DNA of 64,000 nt, from positions 13,179 to 77,178 of the forward strand of contig OZ251506.1 of NCBI GenBank assembly GCA_965242835.1, read 5' to 3'. How positions within the stretch are numbered: position 1 is the stretch's first letter; each line of letters starts with the position of its first letter. The position numbers were made by a program, and so were the translations under genes. Below, piece by piece: positions 1 to 10,049 of the stretch. The notes under the pieces were generated by a model, which worked only from the letters and a program-made list of their open reading frames with translations, was not told the origin of the DNA and ran no database searches. This stretch comes from Vicinamibacterales bacterium (lineage in GTDB: Bacteria > Acidobacteriota > Vicinamibacteria > Vicinamibacterales > UBA8438).

Positions 1-248
1 AATGAGGCCGCGGCGCATGGCCGCGGAAAACGCCAGAGAAGCCCCTGGATACCGACGGCTGCCTCTGAGCTTCAATGAGGCCGCGGCGCATGGCCGCGGA
101 AAACTCGCAGGCGGTATCACGGGCGCTATGGACCGCATCGCGCTTCAATGAGGCCGCGGCGCATGGCCGCGGAAAACGAGGCGAACGAGAAGTTCATGGA
201 CTGGGCCGCGAGGCTTCAATGAGGCCGCGGCGCATGGCCGCGGAAAAC
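1..248 (-). CRISPR. CRISPR array tail: 36-bp repeat x4 (first copy cut by window edge), spacers 37/37/35 bp
   Basis: GCTTCAATGAGGCCGCGGCGCATGGCCGCGGAAAAC occurs at 1-31 (partial), 69-104, 142-177 and 213-248, identical by eye. The spacers are unrelated to each other. The repeat contains a 7-bp stem (CCGCGGC / GCCGCGG). Read on the minus strand it is GTTTTCC...ATTGAAGC, with the common 3' ATTGAA(A/G)C tail, hence the strand call (inference). No cas genes are in the window. Confidence 0.9.
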
Positions 249-402
249 TACTACATCGTGTCCGCCAGAAAACGGGTAAGTGGTTGATTTTAAAGGACGT
301 TATCCCTGATTTCCAGTGGCGAAGATCGCCTCGATGTTGTATTCTTGCAGGTGAGAGGCACGATTCCCGGACCGTTCGGCAACCTTTGCGGCATCGACTT
401 CC

Positions 403-1765
403 ATGAGAGAAATCTACAAGCGGCAGTTCCAACTCGGTCAGGTGTCGATCGACAAGATCCAAATCGACCCGAAGTCGCGGGACGACATCCCGGCGGTGTT
501 GAAGGGGCTGCAGCACATCTGGTGCGACGAGGCGCTGCGCGCGCGACTGTTCGAGCTGCTGGACGAGCATGTGCTGCCGGAAACCGACCGCACCGTCGGG
601 CGCCCCGGAATGGACCTGTGGCGGGTCCTGGTGCTGGCCGTCTTGAAACAGGGCCTGGGCTGCGACTTCGACCGCCTCCACGACCTGGCGAACCATCACG
701 GGAAGATCCGCGAGTTCCTGGGGCACGGCGACTTCGCCGACCGGACGCGCTACGAGTACCAGACGGTGGTCGACAACGTGTCTCTGTTGACGCCGGAATT
801 GCTGTCGGCGGTCGGGCGCCTGGTGTGATTCGTTCGTGGTCGAAACTGACGTGCATTACCCGACCGACGTCAACCTGCTGTGGGACGCGATGCGGTGCCT
901 GCTGCGCGAGACCGGCCGTGCGGCCGTGCAGGAGTCGGTGGGCGGGTGGCGTCAGTGGCTCCATCTGACGCGAGAGGTCCGGAATCTGTTCAACCGGGTG
1001 CGTTCGACGCGGCGGGCGAAGCACCATCCGGAACGGGTGTCGGCGTACCTGGAGCGCTGTCGCGGCCTGGTCGAACGGGCGGAGAAAACGCTCGATGCGC
1101 TGCGCGACAAGAACGTCGGGGAAAGCACTCGTCAGGTGATCGAAGGCTTCCTCGCTCACGCCCGGCGCCAGATGGACCATGTGGAGCGGCGGCTTGTGCG
1201 GGACGAAACGATTCCTCACGCGGAGAAGGTCTTTTCGATCTTCGAAGAGCACACGCGCTGGATTTCCAAAGGGAAGGCGGGCACGCCGGTGGAATTCGGG
1301 GTGCCTGTCGCCCTCATCGAGGACCAGTATCAGTTCATCCTGCACCATCGGATCCTGTGGGAGGGGGAGGACGTGAACGTGGCGGTGCCGATGGTTGAGG
1401 AGACGCAGGCCCTGTACCCGGCGTTGCGGGCGTGCAGTTTCGACCGCGGCTTTCACAGTCCCGACAACCGGGTGCGGCTCGATGCGCTGCTCGACGTCAA
1501 CGCACTGCCGGGAAAGGGGTATCTTTCGAAGGCGGCCCGGGAACGGGAAGAGGACGGGGCCTTCGTTGCGGCCCGGCGTGCCCATCCGGCGATTGAATCG
1601 GCCATCAACGGACTGGAGCATCGGGGCCTCGACCGTGTCCGCAGTCACGGCGCCGACGGCTTCGCGCGAATGGTCGCCCTGTCGGTGCTGGCCGCCAACC
1701 TGCATCGCATCGGGTCGATCCTGCAGAAGCGAGAGCGCAAACGAAAACGCCACCGCGCCGCCTGA
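403..1765 (+). pseudogene. ISNCY/IS5-like DDE transposase, disrupted (internal deletion plus frameshift near 818-836)
   Basis: The N-terminal ORF 403-828 (...GRPGMDLWRVLVLAVLKQGLGCDFDRL...) stops. The catalytic part continues in another frame from ~818 (CDSFVVETDVHYPTDVNLLWDA...) to the stop at 1765. The stretch that normally links the two parts is missing. The family name is recalled from typical ISNCY-type N-termini and was not searched. Confidence 0.7.
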
Positions 1766-1986
1766 GCGGCGCGGTTCCGAATTCCTGCTCGGTCTCCGAC
1801 CGTCACAAGACGGCAACGCTCCTCCCAGCTCTGAACACCGGTGTATCGAGCTGCTTCCGGCCGATTCGGCCCGCGGACCGCTTGTTGCGGCCAGAGCCGC
1901 CGGATTCGTGGCGGAAACATCGCCTGAATCGTGCAAATCTGTTCCGGATCTCCACCTGCACGGGGGGTTTTCTGGCTGACACAAAC

Positions 1987-2344
1987 TAGTTGGTTCGTGA
2001 CGAACAACACGACCTGGGTGGCGAAGACGATTGCGGACATCTACAAGTCGCGGTGGGAGATCGAGCTGTTTTTCAAGTGGATCAAGCAGCATCTGAAGGT
2101 GAAGCGCTTCGTGGGGCGGTCCAGGAACGCCGTCATGACGCAGCTCTGGGTGGCGATCTGCATGTACCTGCTGCTGGCGTATCTCAAGTTCGTCATGCGT
2201 TCGGGCTGGAGCCTCCACCGGATGCTGCAGGTGCTTCAGCTCAACCTGCTCGAACGTCGTCCGCTTCCGGGTCTGTTCACGACGCCGTCGCCACCTCGCC
2301 CTCCGAACCCCTTCGGCCCCCAACTGGCGATGGCGTGGGCCTGA
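1987..2344 (+). pseudogene. IS4-family transposase, C-terminal fragment only
   Basis: FVTNNTTWVAKTIADIYKSRWEIELFFKWIKQHLKVKRFVGRSRNAVMTQLWVAICMYLLLAY is the conserved IS4 C-terminal (Y-R-E region) signature. No N-terminal or DDE part lies upstream. Confidence 0.8.
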
Positions 2345-2357
2345 GAGGAATGTGGGA

Positions 2358-3287
2358 CACTACTGTCGCCAGGTAGTCCTTCAACTCGCAGGCCCGGTCC
2401 AGCGCCCGGTTCGCACGGCGCAACGTCTCCAGACGCCGGACCTCGCCCGGCTTCAGCCGGTCCGGGCGCTTCAGCAGCGGATAGCGCGCCCCCTTCAGCG
2501 CCTTCGCCTCCGCCGGGGCCAGGCGGCGCTGCTCCGCACGCCGCACCTCGTCGACCGCATCGGCCGCCAGCCGTTCGACGTGGAACCGGTCGAACACCAC
2601 CCGCGCATGCGGCGCCCATGCCGCCAGCGCCTTCTGCCAGCTCGACGCCAGGTCCACCGTCACGAGCTCGAGCCGCGCGCACCCGCCCGGCCCCAACTGC
2701 TCGAAGAACGCCCCCAACGTCTCCGCGCTGCGACCCGCCCCGGCCCACACCACCCGGCGCGTGTCGTGGTCCACCACCACCGTCAGGTAGCAGTGCCGTT
2801 TCCGGTAGCTGAACTCGTCGATCCCGATCCGCTTCAGCCGCGTGAAGCGCGCCCCGTCCAGTCGCCGCGACACCACCCGCTCCACGATGTTCCCGACGGC
2901 CAGCCACGAGACTCCCAGCAGACGGCTCACCGCCGTGCGGTCCGTCACCTGCGCCAGATACGCCGCCAACTCCTCGAAATCCGACGTGAACACGCCGCCG
3001 CCCGTCGCCCACGGCACCCGCTCCACCTTCACCCCGCAGCGCGCGCACGACACCCGCCACGGCGCATACCGCGGCAACGCCGGCACCCGGCCCCACGACA
3101 GATGCCGCCACTCCCGCACAGGACGCCGGTCGTACCGCGGCGCCCGATTCCCGCACCCGCCGCAGCGGGAACGACGCCACGACGGCTCCACCGACACCCC
3201 CAACGGGCCGTCCGGGGTCAGATGCACCCCCTTGACGTACATCTGCGTGACACCCAACAGCCGCCGTAGTAACGTAGTCACACGCAT
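2358..3287 (-). pseudogene. ISL3-family transposase, C-terminally truncated
   Basis: The ATG at 3287 starts MRVTTLLRRLLGVTQMYVKGV..., followed by a zinc-finger region (CGGCG...CARCG) and then ...IGIDEFSYRKRHCYLTVVVDHDTRRVVWAGAGRSAETL...FDRFHV. Homology ends near ...ACELKDYLATVV (~2358), where the frame runs into the IS4 fragment. Confidence 0.8.
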
Positions 3288-3782
3288 GGGGCTCTCCTCC
3301 TCCTCACCGGTCGTGGTGGTGCACGCCCATGAGAACAGGAAGCCCCTGCGTTTTGCAACCCGCTTCGGCAAGCGCGCCGCACCCGCCGCGCACCGGCCGG
3401 CCCGGTACCCGGGTCGGCGCCGTCCCGAAGAGCGGTCGCCGAGCAGCCGCGCCCGGGCAGACCGCCGACCAACCCGCCCGCGCGGCGGCGTGGACGGTCG
3501 GGACGATCCCGTCCAGGCCGGGCCGCAAGGCCCATGACTGCTGCTTGAGCGGAGGGGCGGACGGCGTGTCACCCGAAGGGCCGGAGCGCAGCGGAGGACG
3601 CGCGAAGCGCGTTGACACGCCGTCCGGCCCGCAGCTACCCGCCGCACCGACCGACCCGCGCGGTCCGCCCCGGCCGGGCAGGTGAACGCCGACCTGTCGA
3701 GTCCAAGTCGCCCGCGCTGGCGCGGCCCTTCCCGGTCTGGCGATCGCGCCCCGACCTACCCACACTCGTTTGAGGAGAGCCC

Positions 3783-3815
3783 GTTTTCCGCGGCCATGCG
3801 CCGCGGCCTCGAAGC
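3783..3815 (+). repeat. Orphan, inverted, degenerate CRISPR repeat copy
   Basis: GTTTTCCGCGGCCATGCGCCGCGGCCTCGAAGC is the reverse complement of the 1-248 repeat with a 3-bp deletion (ATT). It lies 3.5 kb away, on the other side of the IS cluster. Confidence 0.85.
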
Positions 3816-3879
3816 GCGCGCCGGCGCGCGTAGTAGCCCGTGGTAAAAGTCAGCAGATCGAGGTCGACCTGCGTCCCCG

Positions 3880-5292
3880 TTGTGTCGTAGACTTGGCGGC
3901 ATGGCGATGGGCAAGAAACCGGCGGCTCGCGAGGGGTCGCCGATGTGGGTGGCGACGGCGGACCTTCCGAAGAGCGCGGGCCATCCTTTCTACGAGCGGC
4001 TGAACCGGGTTCTGGATGAATCCGGGTTCGATGCCTTCGTGGAGGGGTTGTGCGCGGTCTTCTACGCGGCTCGGCTGGGGCGTCCGAGCCTGCGTCCCGG
4101 GCGGTATTTCCGTCTGCTGTTGATCGGCTACTTCGAGGGGCAGTCGTCGGAACGTGGGATTGCGTGGCGGGTGGCGGATTCGTTGAGCCTGCGGTCATTT
4201 CTGGGCCTGGACGTGACGGAGGCTCCTCCGAACCACTCGACGCTGTCTCGGACTCGTCGTCTGATCGACGTGGAAACGCACGTGGCGGTGTTCACGTGGG
4301 TTCTGGAGCGGTTGTCGGAGGCGGGTCTGGTGGAGGGGAAGACGGTCGGCATCGATTCGACGACTCTGGAAGCGAACGCGGCGATGCGGAGCATCGAGCG
4401 TCGGGACACGGGGGAATCGTACGAGGCGTTCGTGGGCCGGTTGGCGGAGGCTTCGGGGGTTTCGACGCCGACGCGGGCGGAGTTGGCGCGGTTCGACCGG
4501 TCTCGGAAGGGTCGGAAGACGTCGAACGAGGAGTGGCAGTCTCCGCAGGACCCGGATGCGAAGGTCGCGAAGATGAAGGACGGCCGCACGCGCCTGGCGC
4601 ACAAGGCCGAGCAGGGGGTCGACCTGGAGACGGGGGCGATTGTGTCGGTGACGGTGCAGGATGCCTCGAAGGGTGATACGGCGACGCTGCCGGAGACGCT
4701 GACGATGGCAGCGGAACAGGTCGAGGCGGTGCAACCGGCGGGCAAGGGTGTCGAAGAGGTGGTGGCCGACAAGGGCTACCACGGCGACGCGACGCTGGCG
4801 GCGCTCGAGGAGGTCGGGGTTCGCAGCTACTTGTCGGAGCCGGACCGGGGCCGGCGTCGCTGGCGGGACAAGAAGACGGGCGAGCTGTCGGCGGAGAAGG
4901 CTGCTGCGCAGCGGTCGTTGTATGGGAACCGTCGGCGCGTTCGGGGCGGTCGCGGCCGTCGTCTCCAACGCAAGCGCGGGGAGCGGGTGGAGCGGCCGTT
5001 CGCGCACCAGTATGAGACCGGGGGTCTGCGTCGCGTGTGGGTGCGCGGCCGCGAGCAGGTGCGCAAGCGGGTGCTCATCCAGGCGGCCGGCTTCAACCTC
5101 GGACTGTGGCTCCGGGACCTGTTCGGGGTCGGCACGCCCCGGAGCTTGCAGGGGCGGGCTTTGCCGGCGATATTCGGGCTGATCGGGCCTCTGAGCGACC
5201 TCTGGCGGCGTCTGACACGTTGGGCGGCCATGGGGACACCACCGGGGATCATCCGCTCAGTCGCTCCTCGCCAAGCTGGCCAAGCTGCATGA
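3880..5292 (+). CDS. IS1182/IS5-like DDE transposase (apparently intact)
   Basis: 470-aa ORF: ...HPFYERLNRVLDESGFDAFVEGLC...GRPSLRPGRYFRLLLIGYFEG...NHSTLSRTRRLI...GIDSTTLEANAAMRSI...VADKGYHG... The true start is possibly the ATG a few codons downstream (MAMGKK). Confidence 0.75.
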   Translation: MCRRLGGMAMGKKPAAREGSPMWVATADLPKSAGHPFYERLNRVLDESGFDAFVEGLCAVFYAARLGRPSLRPGRYFRLLLIGYFEGQSSERGIAWRVADSLSLRSFLGLDVTEAPPNHSTLSRTRRLIDVETHVAVFTWVLERLSEAGLVEGKTVGIDSTTLEANAAMRSIERRDTGESYEAFVGRLAEASGVSTPTRAELARFDRSRKGRKTSNEEWQSPQDPDAKVAKMKDGRTRLAHKAEQGVDLETGAIVSVTVQDASKGDTATLPETLTMAAEQVEAVQPAGKGVEEVVADKGYHGDATLAALEEVGVRSYLSEPDRGRRRWRDKKTGELSAEKAAAQRSLYGNRRRVRGGRGRRLQRKRGERVERPFAHQYETGGLRRVWVRGREQVRKRVLIQAAGFNLGLWLRDLFGVGTPRSLQGRALPAIFGLIGPLSDLWRRLTRWAAMGTPPGIIRSVAPRQAGQAA

Positions 5293-5330
5293 ACGGACCT
5301 GTGCAGCGAACAGACTTCTTCCACGGGCTG

Positions 5331-6677
5331 TCAGGGCCCGTTCCCCACGTCCAGCCGACCGGTCACGGCGTCGGCGACCAGGGCGTCGCGGCGCTCCTTG
5401 AGCAACCCGATCGTGCGCACCGATTCCGCGCTCAGAACATTCAACTTCCCACATTCGGTTTCCAGGAACCCGACTATCGCCGTCTGTTCGGTTGGTGGCG
5501 GAATCGCGGCCGGAAGGTAGCCATAACGGTGCGGATTCAGATTGGCTTGGCCAATTGCGGGCATCGCCTCGGCTCGCGCCCACGCCAGGGCGGGAACGGA
5601 GTTCAGGAGCCACACCAGAAATTCAGGCAAGGCGGCGCCGTTGCATCGGAGGCGCACCAGATAAGAAGCAAACGATACCGGGTAGGCGGATGCGCCGCGA
5701 AACAACGCGACTTTTCCGATTCGATCCAGGCTGTTGGTGCGATTGAATACGAGGTCCCCGGGTCGAAGAAGCAGCGCGTCGTCGACTTCGTCCACGAACC
5801 CGACGTTGGAATAATCTATTTCCCCTTCATGAATATCACCCATTCGAAGCACGGCGATTTCTCCCGACGTGTCGACTTGCGCGGAGATGCCGTAGTCAAC
5901 GGCGGAAAGCACGCGCTTGAGGTGGCAGCTCTTCCAGTGCGCCGGGATCTCGCCCAGCCACGGAACGCCGGAATCGCGCAGCGGAGCGCGCGGGTCGAGA
6001 CCGCGGGTGACGGCACGGGTGACGATCGCCCGGCGCTTCTCGGCCAGCAGCAACAGCAGGCGCCGTTTCGCCGCCACCAGCGCGTCCAGCCGCGCCGTCT
6101 CCCGGTCGAGGTACTCGGCGATCGCCTTCTGGGTGTCGGGATCGGGAACGGGTACCGGCAGGTTGCCGATGAAGTCCCATTCGGCTCGGGGCATCTTCGA
6201 CCCGAACGTCGAGGCGTCCGCGTCGCCTACAAACCGGGAAGACAGGCAGACGCTTCGCAGGAACCGCGGCTCGATGGAGGTTGGCTGCATGACCAGAGCC
6301 TCCGTGGTGCATCGGCCCGGGAATTCGGCCACCCAGGCTTTTGCGAGATACGGTCGGAGTTTCCCGAAGAGCACGTCGCCGGGTTCGAAGTCGGTGCCCG
6401 GCGTTTCGTCCGTCACGGATGGCGCTGACGGACGATTACTTGCGCCGGCGCCGTTCACGAGTCGGCCCGTTCCCTGCTCGATGTCTTCAAGCCCGATGTA
6501 AGGCCGCACGCCGTCATTCTCGGGCGTGCGAAGGCGTCGAAGCGCCACGAGGTGCTTGAGGCGCTTCGTCGGAAACCCGGCGCCGGCGTTCCGATTCACT
6601 CCACCACCTCCCGCAGCAACCGCACGATCCTCTTTTTTCGCCGGCCGGATCCATCTCGTGTTCCTCGTTCGTCGCAT
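5331..6677 (-). CDS. hsdS: Type I restriction-modification specificity subunit HsdS (two target-recognition domains)
   Basis: It has two TRD-plus-conserved-helix units: ...GDVLFGKLRPYLAKAWVAEF...LPVPVPDPDTQKAIAEYLDRETARLDALVAAKRRLLLLLAEKRRAIV... and ...GDLVFNRTNSLDRIGKVAL...PPPTEQTAIVGFLETECGKLNVLSAESVRTIGLLKERRDALV. The start is uncertain (ATG at 6677, alternative GTG at 6599). No hsdM or hsdR is adjacent. Confidence 0.8.
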   Translation of the reverse strand: MRRTRNTRWIRPAKKEDRAVAAGGGGVNRNAGAGFPTKRLKHLVALRRLRTPENDGVRPYIGLEDIEQGTGRLVNGAGASNRPSAPSVTDETPGTDFEPGDVLFGKLRPYLAKAWVAEFPGRCTTEALVMQPTSIEPRFLRSVCLSSRFVGDADASTFGSKMPRAEWDFIGNLPVPVPDPDTQKAIAEYLDRETARLDALVAAKRRLLLLLAEKRRAIVTRAVTRGLDPRAPLRDSGVPWLGEIPAHWKSCHLKRVLSAVDYGISAQVDTSGEIAVLRMGDIHEGEIDYSNVGFVDEVDDALLLRPGDLVFNRTNSLDRIGKVALFRGASAYPVSFASYLVRLRCNGAALPEFLVWLLNSVPALAWARAEAMPAIGQANLNPHRYGYLPAAIPPPTEQTAIVGFLETECGKLNVLSAESVRTIGLLKERRDALVADAVTGRLDVGNGP

Positions 6678-6849
6678 TCTACCGCCTGTAGCGAGCCTGG
6701 GTGCGGCGGTGCGCCTCGGGGCCCGGGCCGCCGACGTGCAGGCGGCACGGGAGATCCGCGGGACACCCGTCCCGGCATGCCGTTCGCCTGGACGTCCGGC
6801 CAACGGCGGCAAGGACCGTTGCGGCGCCAACCCGCGTGCACTTGTCTCG

Positions 6850-7135
6850 TCGAGGGACCTGTCCTGCATCTCCTGAAGCAGCACGACTTCGAGCCGCCGG
6901 ACCTCGCGAAACGGCGGCCGGCCGATTCCGGGCGCCGCGCGGATCCGGGCCAGTTCTTCACCCCGGCCGGCGTCGCCCGCTTCATGGCTTCCCTGCTCGA
7001 TGTGCGCGAGCCGCCCGAGGCGCTCCGGATCCTCGACCCCGGCGGAGGGCGCGGCGTCCTGACGGCGGCGGCGGTGGACGAGCTCTGCAGCCGGCCGGAG
7101 CGCGGCAGACCCGCCGTCCTGCACCCGCCGCCGGG
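6850..7135 (+). pseudogene. N6-adenine DNA methyltransferase, N-terminal fragment truncated by IS insertion
   Basis: ...DPGQFFTPAGVARFMASLLDVREPPEALRILDPGGGRGVLTAAAVDEL... shows the FFTP motif and the AdoMet motif I (DPGxGxG). The reading frame ends at the left inverted repeat of the ISKra4-like element (7136), and no continuation follows the element. Confidence 0.55.
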
Positions 7136-8938
7136 GGGTGCACGTCAGATTTGTGAGGTGCCCCGGTCAGGCGGCTCTCCGCTCCCAGAAGTCCTCGAAA
7201 CGTCCGCTGAGCTGGCAGCATCGGAGGGCGATGATGGCGTTGGCTCCGGCGAGGGTCCATCTCATTCCGGCGCGCTTGAGCCTGTCACCGACCACGTGCT
7301 TTGCATCCGGCCTCGACGACCCCCGAGGCGACGCAGAGTCCTCTCGCCCGGAAGCGCGGACAGCGCATCCGGTGGCGGTTGCGTACGAAGGTATTCGATG
7401 CACCGGCGGGCCTCGTCGGAGGTCTTGGCGTGGGTCCGCGGTTCGGCCACGATCTTGCGCAGCCGCCCGTTGTCCAGCTCGTGATGGCGCTGCCGGGCCC
7501 AGGCGTCGGCTTCGTCGGTTCCGGCTCCGTGGAGGGCCTTGGCCACGTCGGACAGATGTTGCTTGGCGTGGTAGACGTCGACGATTTCGATGGCGTCGGG
7601 AAACTGCTCGCCGGCCAGATTCCAGATCCAGTTGGCGCCGTCTCCGAGGACGACCTGGCGGGTCGCGGTGTCGAAGCCTCGCCGTTGGGTTCGGTGTCGC
7701 GGCTGGCGGCGCTCTCGACGGCGGCGTTGTAGCTGACCGAACCGGGGTCGCGTACGGGCCTGCCGTCGTCATCGCGGGCTTCGGCGGTCCAGACGACGGC
7801 CAGCTTGACCTCGCGGGTCCTGGCCGTGTCGTCGGGCTGCTTTCCGCGTCGGCCTTCGACCTCGGAGGGGCGCACCGGCACGCCGGTGCCGTCCAGCCCC
7901 AGGTACATCGTCGGCGCGGGGGCGGGCGCCGCCTCGGTCACGGCGCGCTCGTCGGCGGCGACCTCGCGTCCCAGGGCTTCGGCGGTGCGTTCGACCTGCT
8001 TGGCGTCGATCGGCACTCCAGCCAACGTCCCCAGCAGTTCGTCCGCCTTGGCGAAGCTGACCTCGGCCGCCACCAACCCGACCATCCGCGTGGCGCCGGG
8101 TGACAGCGACGTCTCTTGCAGGCCCAACGCCCGGCCGCGTGGACTCCACCCCGACTGGCAGGCGTCGCAGTGGTACCAGGCCCGTTCCAGCCGCAACGGG
8201 CCCAGCACGCTCCGGAAGGTCTTCGCGCGGCGGCCGACGTAGCGCGCCGTCTGGCCGCGGGCGCAGGGCGCCGCCGGGCCGTCGTGGTCGCTTCGGTCCG
8301 CGTTCAGCCGCTCCTCCACCGCCCGCGCGGCGAGGGCGAGCACCTTGCGGCGGACCGCCTGTTCCAGAGCCTCGAAATCCTGCTCGTCGGCCGCGCCCGG
8401 CGCTACGAGAGCGTCGATTTCCGCGCGGACCTCGGCCCCGGGAGCTTCCGCGAAGCCCCCTTTTTCACCGCCCCGGCGGTCTGTTCGGAACCGGCCGCCA
8501 GACGCGCTTCGCTCAGCGCCGTGCTCACCGCCACCAGCTCCTTCGTCAACCGCCGGAAGCGCCGATGTTCCGCGATCCGCGCCCGCGTCTCCGCTTCCGC
8601 ATGCGCCGGGATGATCCGCGTCACCGTCTTGCCGTTCTCGTGCCGCGTCAACGACAGCACCGGACCGTGCCCCGGATCGCCAGGCCGCGCGCAGCGACAA
8701 CCCGACTTGCCGCGGCGACGGTAACGCGCCGTCAGCGAACCGGCGCGCATCTCGCCCACCGACGCGAGCTGGTCGAGCACCTGCGCGCGCCGCCGTTCCA
8801 ACGTGCTGATCTTCTGCGTCTCGGACAGCATCGGGACCTCCTTCCACCACCAACAGCCCGCCTTGCCGGCAGATCTCGGACGATCCCGCCCGGCTCTACA
8901 CCCCCGAACGACACCCCTCATTTTGTTGACGTGCACCC
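7136..8938 (-). mobile_element. ISKra4-like insertion sequence with imperfect terminal inverted repeats
   Basis: The left end is GGGTGCACGTCAGATTTGTGAGGTG (7136-7160). The right end, reverse-complemented, is GGGTGCACGTCAACAAAATGAGGGGTG (8912-8938). The first 12 nt are identical and a TGAGG block sits at the same offset. The ends enclose the transposase pseudogene. Confidence 0.7.
7167..8831 (-). pseudogene. ISKra4-family transposase, frameshifted across three or more frames
   Basis: N-terminus: MLSETQKISTLERRRAQVLDQLASVGEMRAGSLTARYRRRGKSGCRCARPGDPGHGP... (8831 downwards). Core: ...YLGLDGTGVPVRPSEVEGRRGKQPDDTARTREVKLAVVWTAE...DPGSVSYNAAVESAA. The next conserved segments (VVLGDGANWIWN...IVDVYHAKQHL; ...SGVVEAGCK; ...GMRWTLAGANAIIALRCCQLSGRFEDFWERRAA, stop 7167) lie in different frames. 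Confidence 0.8.
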
Positions 8939-9109
8939 TCGCACGGGCCGCCGGTCGCCCCGTTGCGGCGCCCGGCCGCTGTCGCTATAATCCCCCCGAA
9001 TCGACAGGGTTCGGCGGGAATTCGCAAGGTCGGCGACCGACGCGGTCGGTGGAGGCTTCCGAACGACTCGCCCGGCCCGAGTGACAGCCAAAACGTGGAG
9101 AGCCGCATC

Positions 9110-9679
9110 ATGAAACCAGCGTGGCGACACTTCCTGACCCTTCTCGTGGCGGCCGGCATGGCTTTCGGGGTCGCGGCCTGCGGCAGCAACCCGCCGCCCG
9201 AGCCGCCTCCGCCGGCGCCGGTGGAGCCGCCTCCTCCGCCTCCTCCGCCTCCTCCGCCTCCTCCGCCTCCTCCGCCTCCTCCGCCGGAGCCCACCGAGGA
9301 GGAGTTGTTCATGCGCATGACGCTCGACGAGCTGAACGACACCGCGCCGCTGCTGCCGGTGTTCTTCAACTACGACGAGGCGGAGTTGCTGCCCGAGGGC
9401 CAGACGACGCTGCAGCGCAACGCCGAGTGGATGCGCCGCTGGACGTCAACCAGCGTGCGCGTGGAGGGGCACTGCGACGAGCGGGGCACCAACGAGTACA
9501 ACCTGGCGCTCGGCGATTCGCGGGCGGCCGCGGTGCGGGACTACCTGGTTTCGCTGGGCATCGACGCCGGCCGCATCACGACGGTGAGCCGCGGCGAGGA
9601 ATCGCCCTTCTGCGCGGAGAGCCACGAGGGCTGCTGGACGCGGAACCGGCGCGGGCACTTCGAGATCACCGCCAAGTAG
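9110..9679 (+). CDS. pal: Peptidoglycan-associated lipoprotein (OmpA-family, Pal-like) with a poly-proline linker
   Basis: Lipobox signal peptide MKPAWRHFLTLLVAAGMAFGVAAC. OmpA-C-like domain: VFFNYDEAELLPEGQTTLQRNAEWM...VRVEGHCDERGTNEYNLALGDSRAAAVRDYLVSLGI...TVSRGEE. Confidence 0.85.
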   Translation: MKPAWRHFLTLLVAAGMAFGVAACGSNPPPEPPPPAPVEPPPPPPPPPPPPPPPPPPPPEPTEEELFMRMTLDELNDTAPLLPVFFNYDEAELLPEGQTTLQRNAEWMRRWTSTSVRVEGHCDERGTNEYNLALGDSRAAAVRDYLVSLGIDAGRITTVSRGEESPFCAESHEGCWTRNRRGHFEITAK

Positions 9680-9809
9680 CTCCGCGGCCGGGCGCATTCG
9701 ACGACTCGCGGGGGGCGCGTGGGGGGAGTCCCGCGCGCGCCCCCTTGGCCCCGTGCAGTTGGTCGGGGTGACGACGATCGCCGGGGAGTCCCACGCGCGC
9801 GCCCTTGGC

Positions 9810-10049
9810 CTACGCGCCCCGTAACGACTCGAGCAGCGCCGCGCGGGTCGTCCGGACGCGCGCCACCACCCGATCCCCGCGCGCCAGCACCGGGACCTCC
9901 CGCCCGAAGCGCCTTTCGAGGTCGACGTTCCCGGAGACGTCGACCTCGCGGAGCGTGACCGGCTCCTCCCGCGCGGCTTCTTCGACGACGTCCTTCATCG
10001 CGTCGCACAGGTGGCAGCCCGGCCGCGTGTAGAGCGTCAGCCGGATCAT
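9810..10049 (-). CDS. Glutaredoxin-like small thioredoxin-fold protein
   Basis: 79 aa: [22 protein letters not shown]..., with a CxxC motif in thioredoxin-fold context. The ATG at 10049 overlaps the pyrD stop. Confidence 0.7.
   Translation of the reverse strand: MIRLTLYTRPGCHLCDAMKDVVEEAAREEPVTLREVDVSGNVDLERRFGREVPVLARGDRVVARVRTTRAALLESLRGA

Noticed and set aside
9700-9810. A GC-rich hairpin (GGGGGCGCG...CGCGCCCCC, ~9711-9744) and a ~26-bp direct repeat (GGAGTCCCGCGCGCGCCCCCTTGGCC / GGAGTCCCACGCGCGCGCCCTTGGCC) between the convergent pal and glutaredoxin-like genes.
   Set aside because: A bidirectional terminator is plausible, but there is no U-tract and I cannot compute stability, so I did not call it as a feature.
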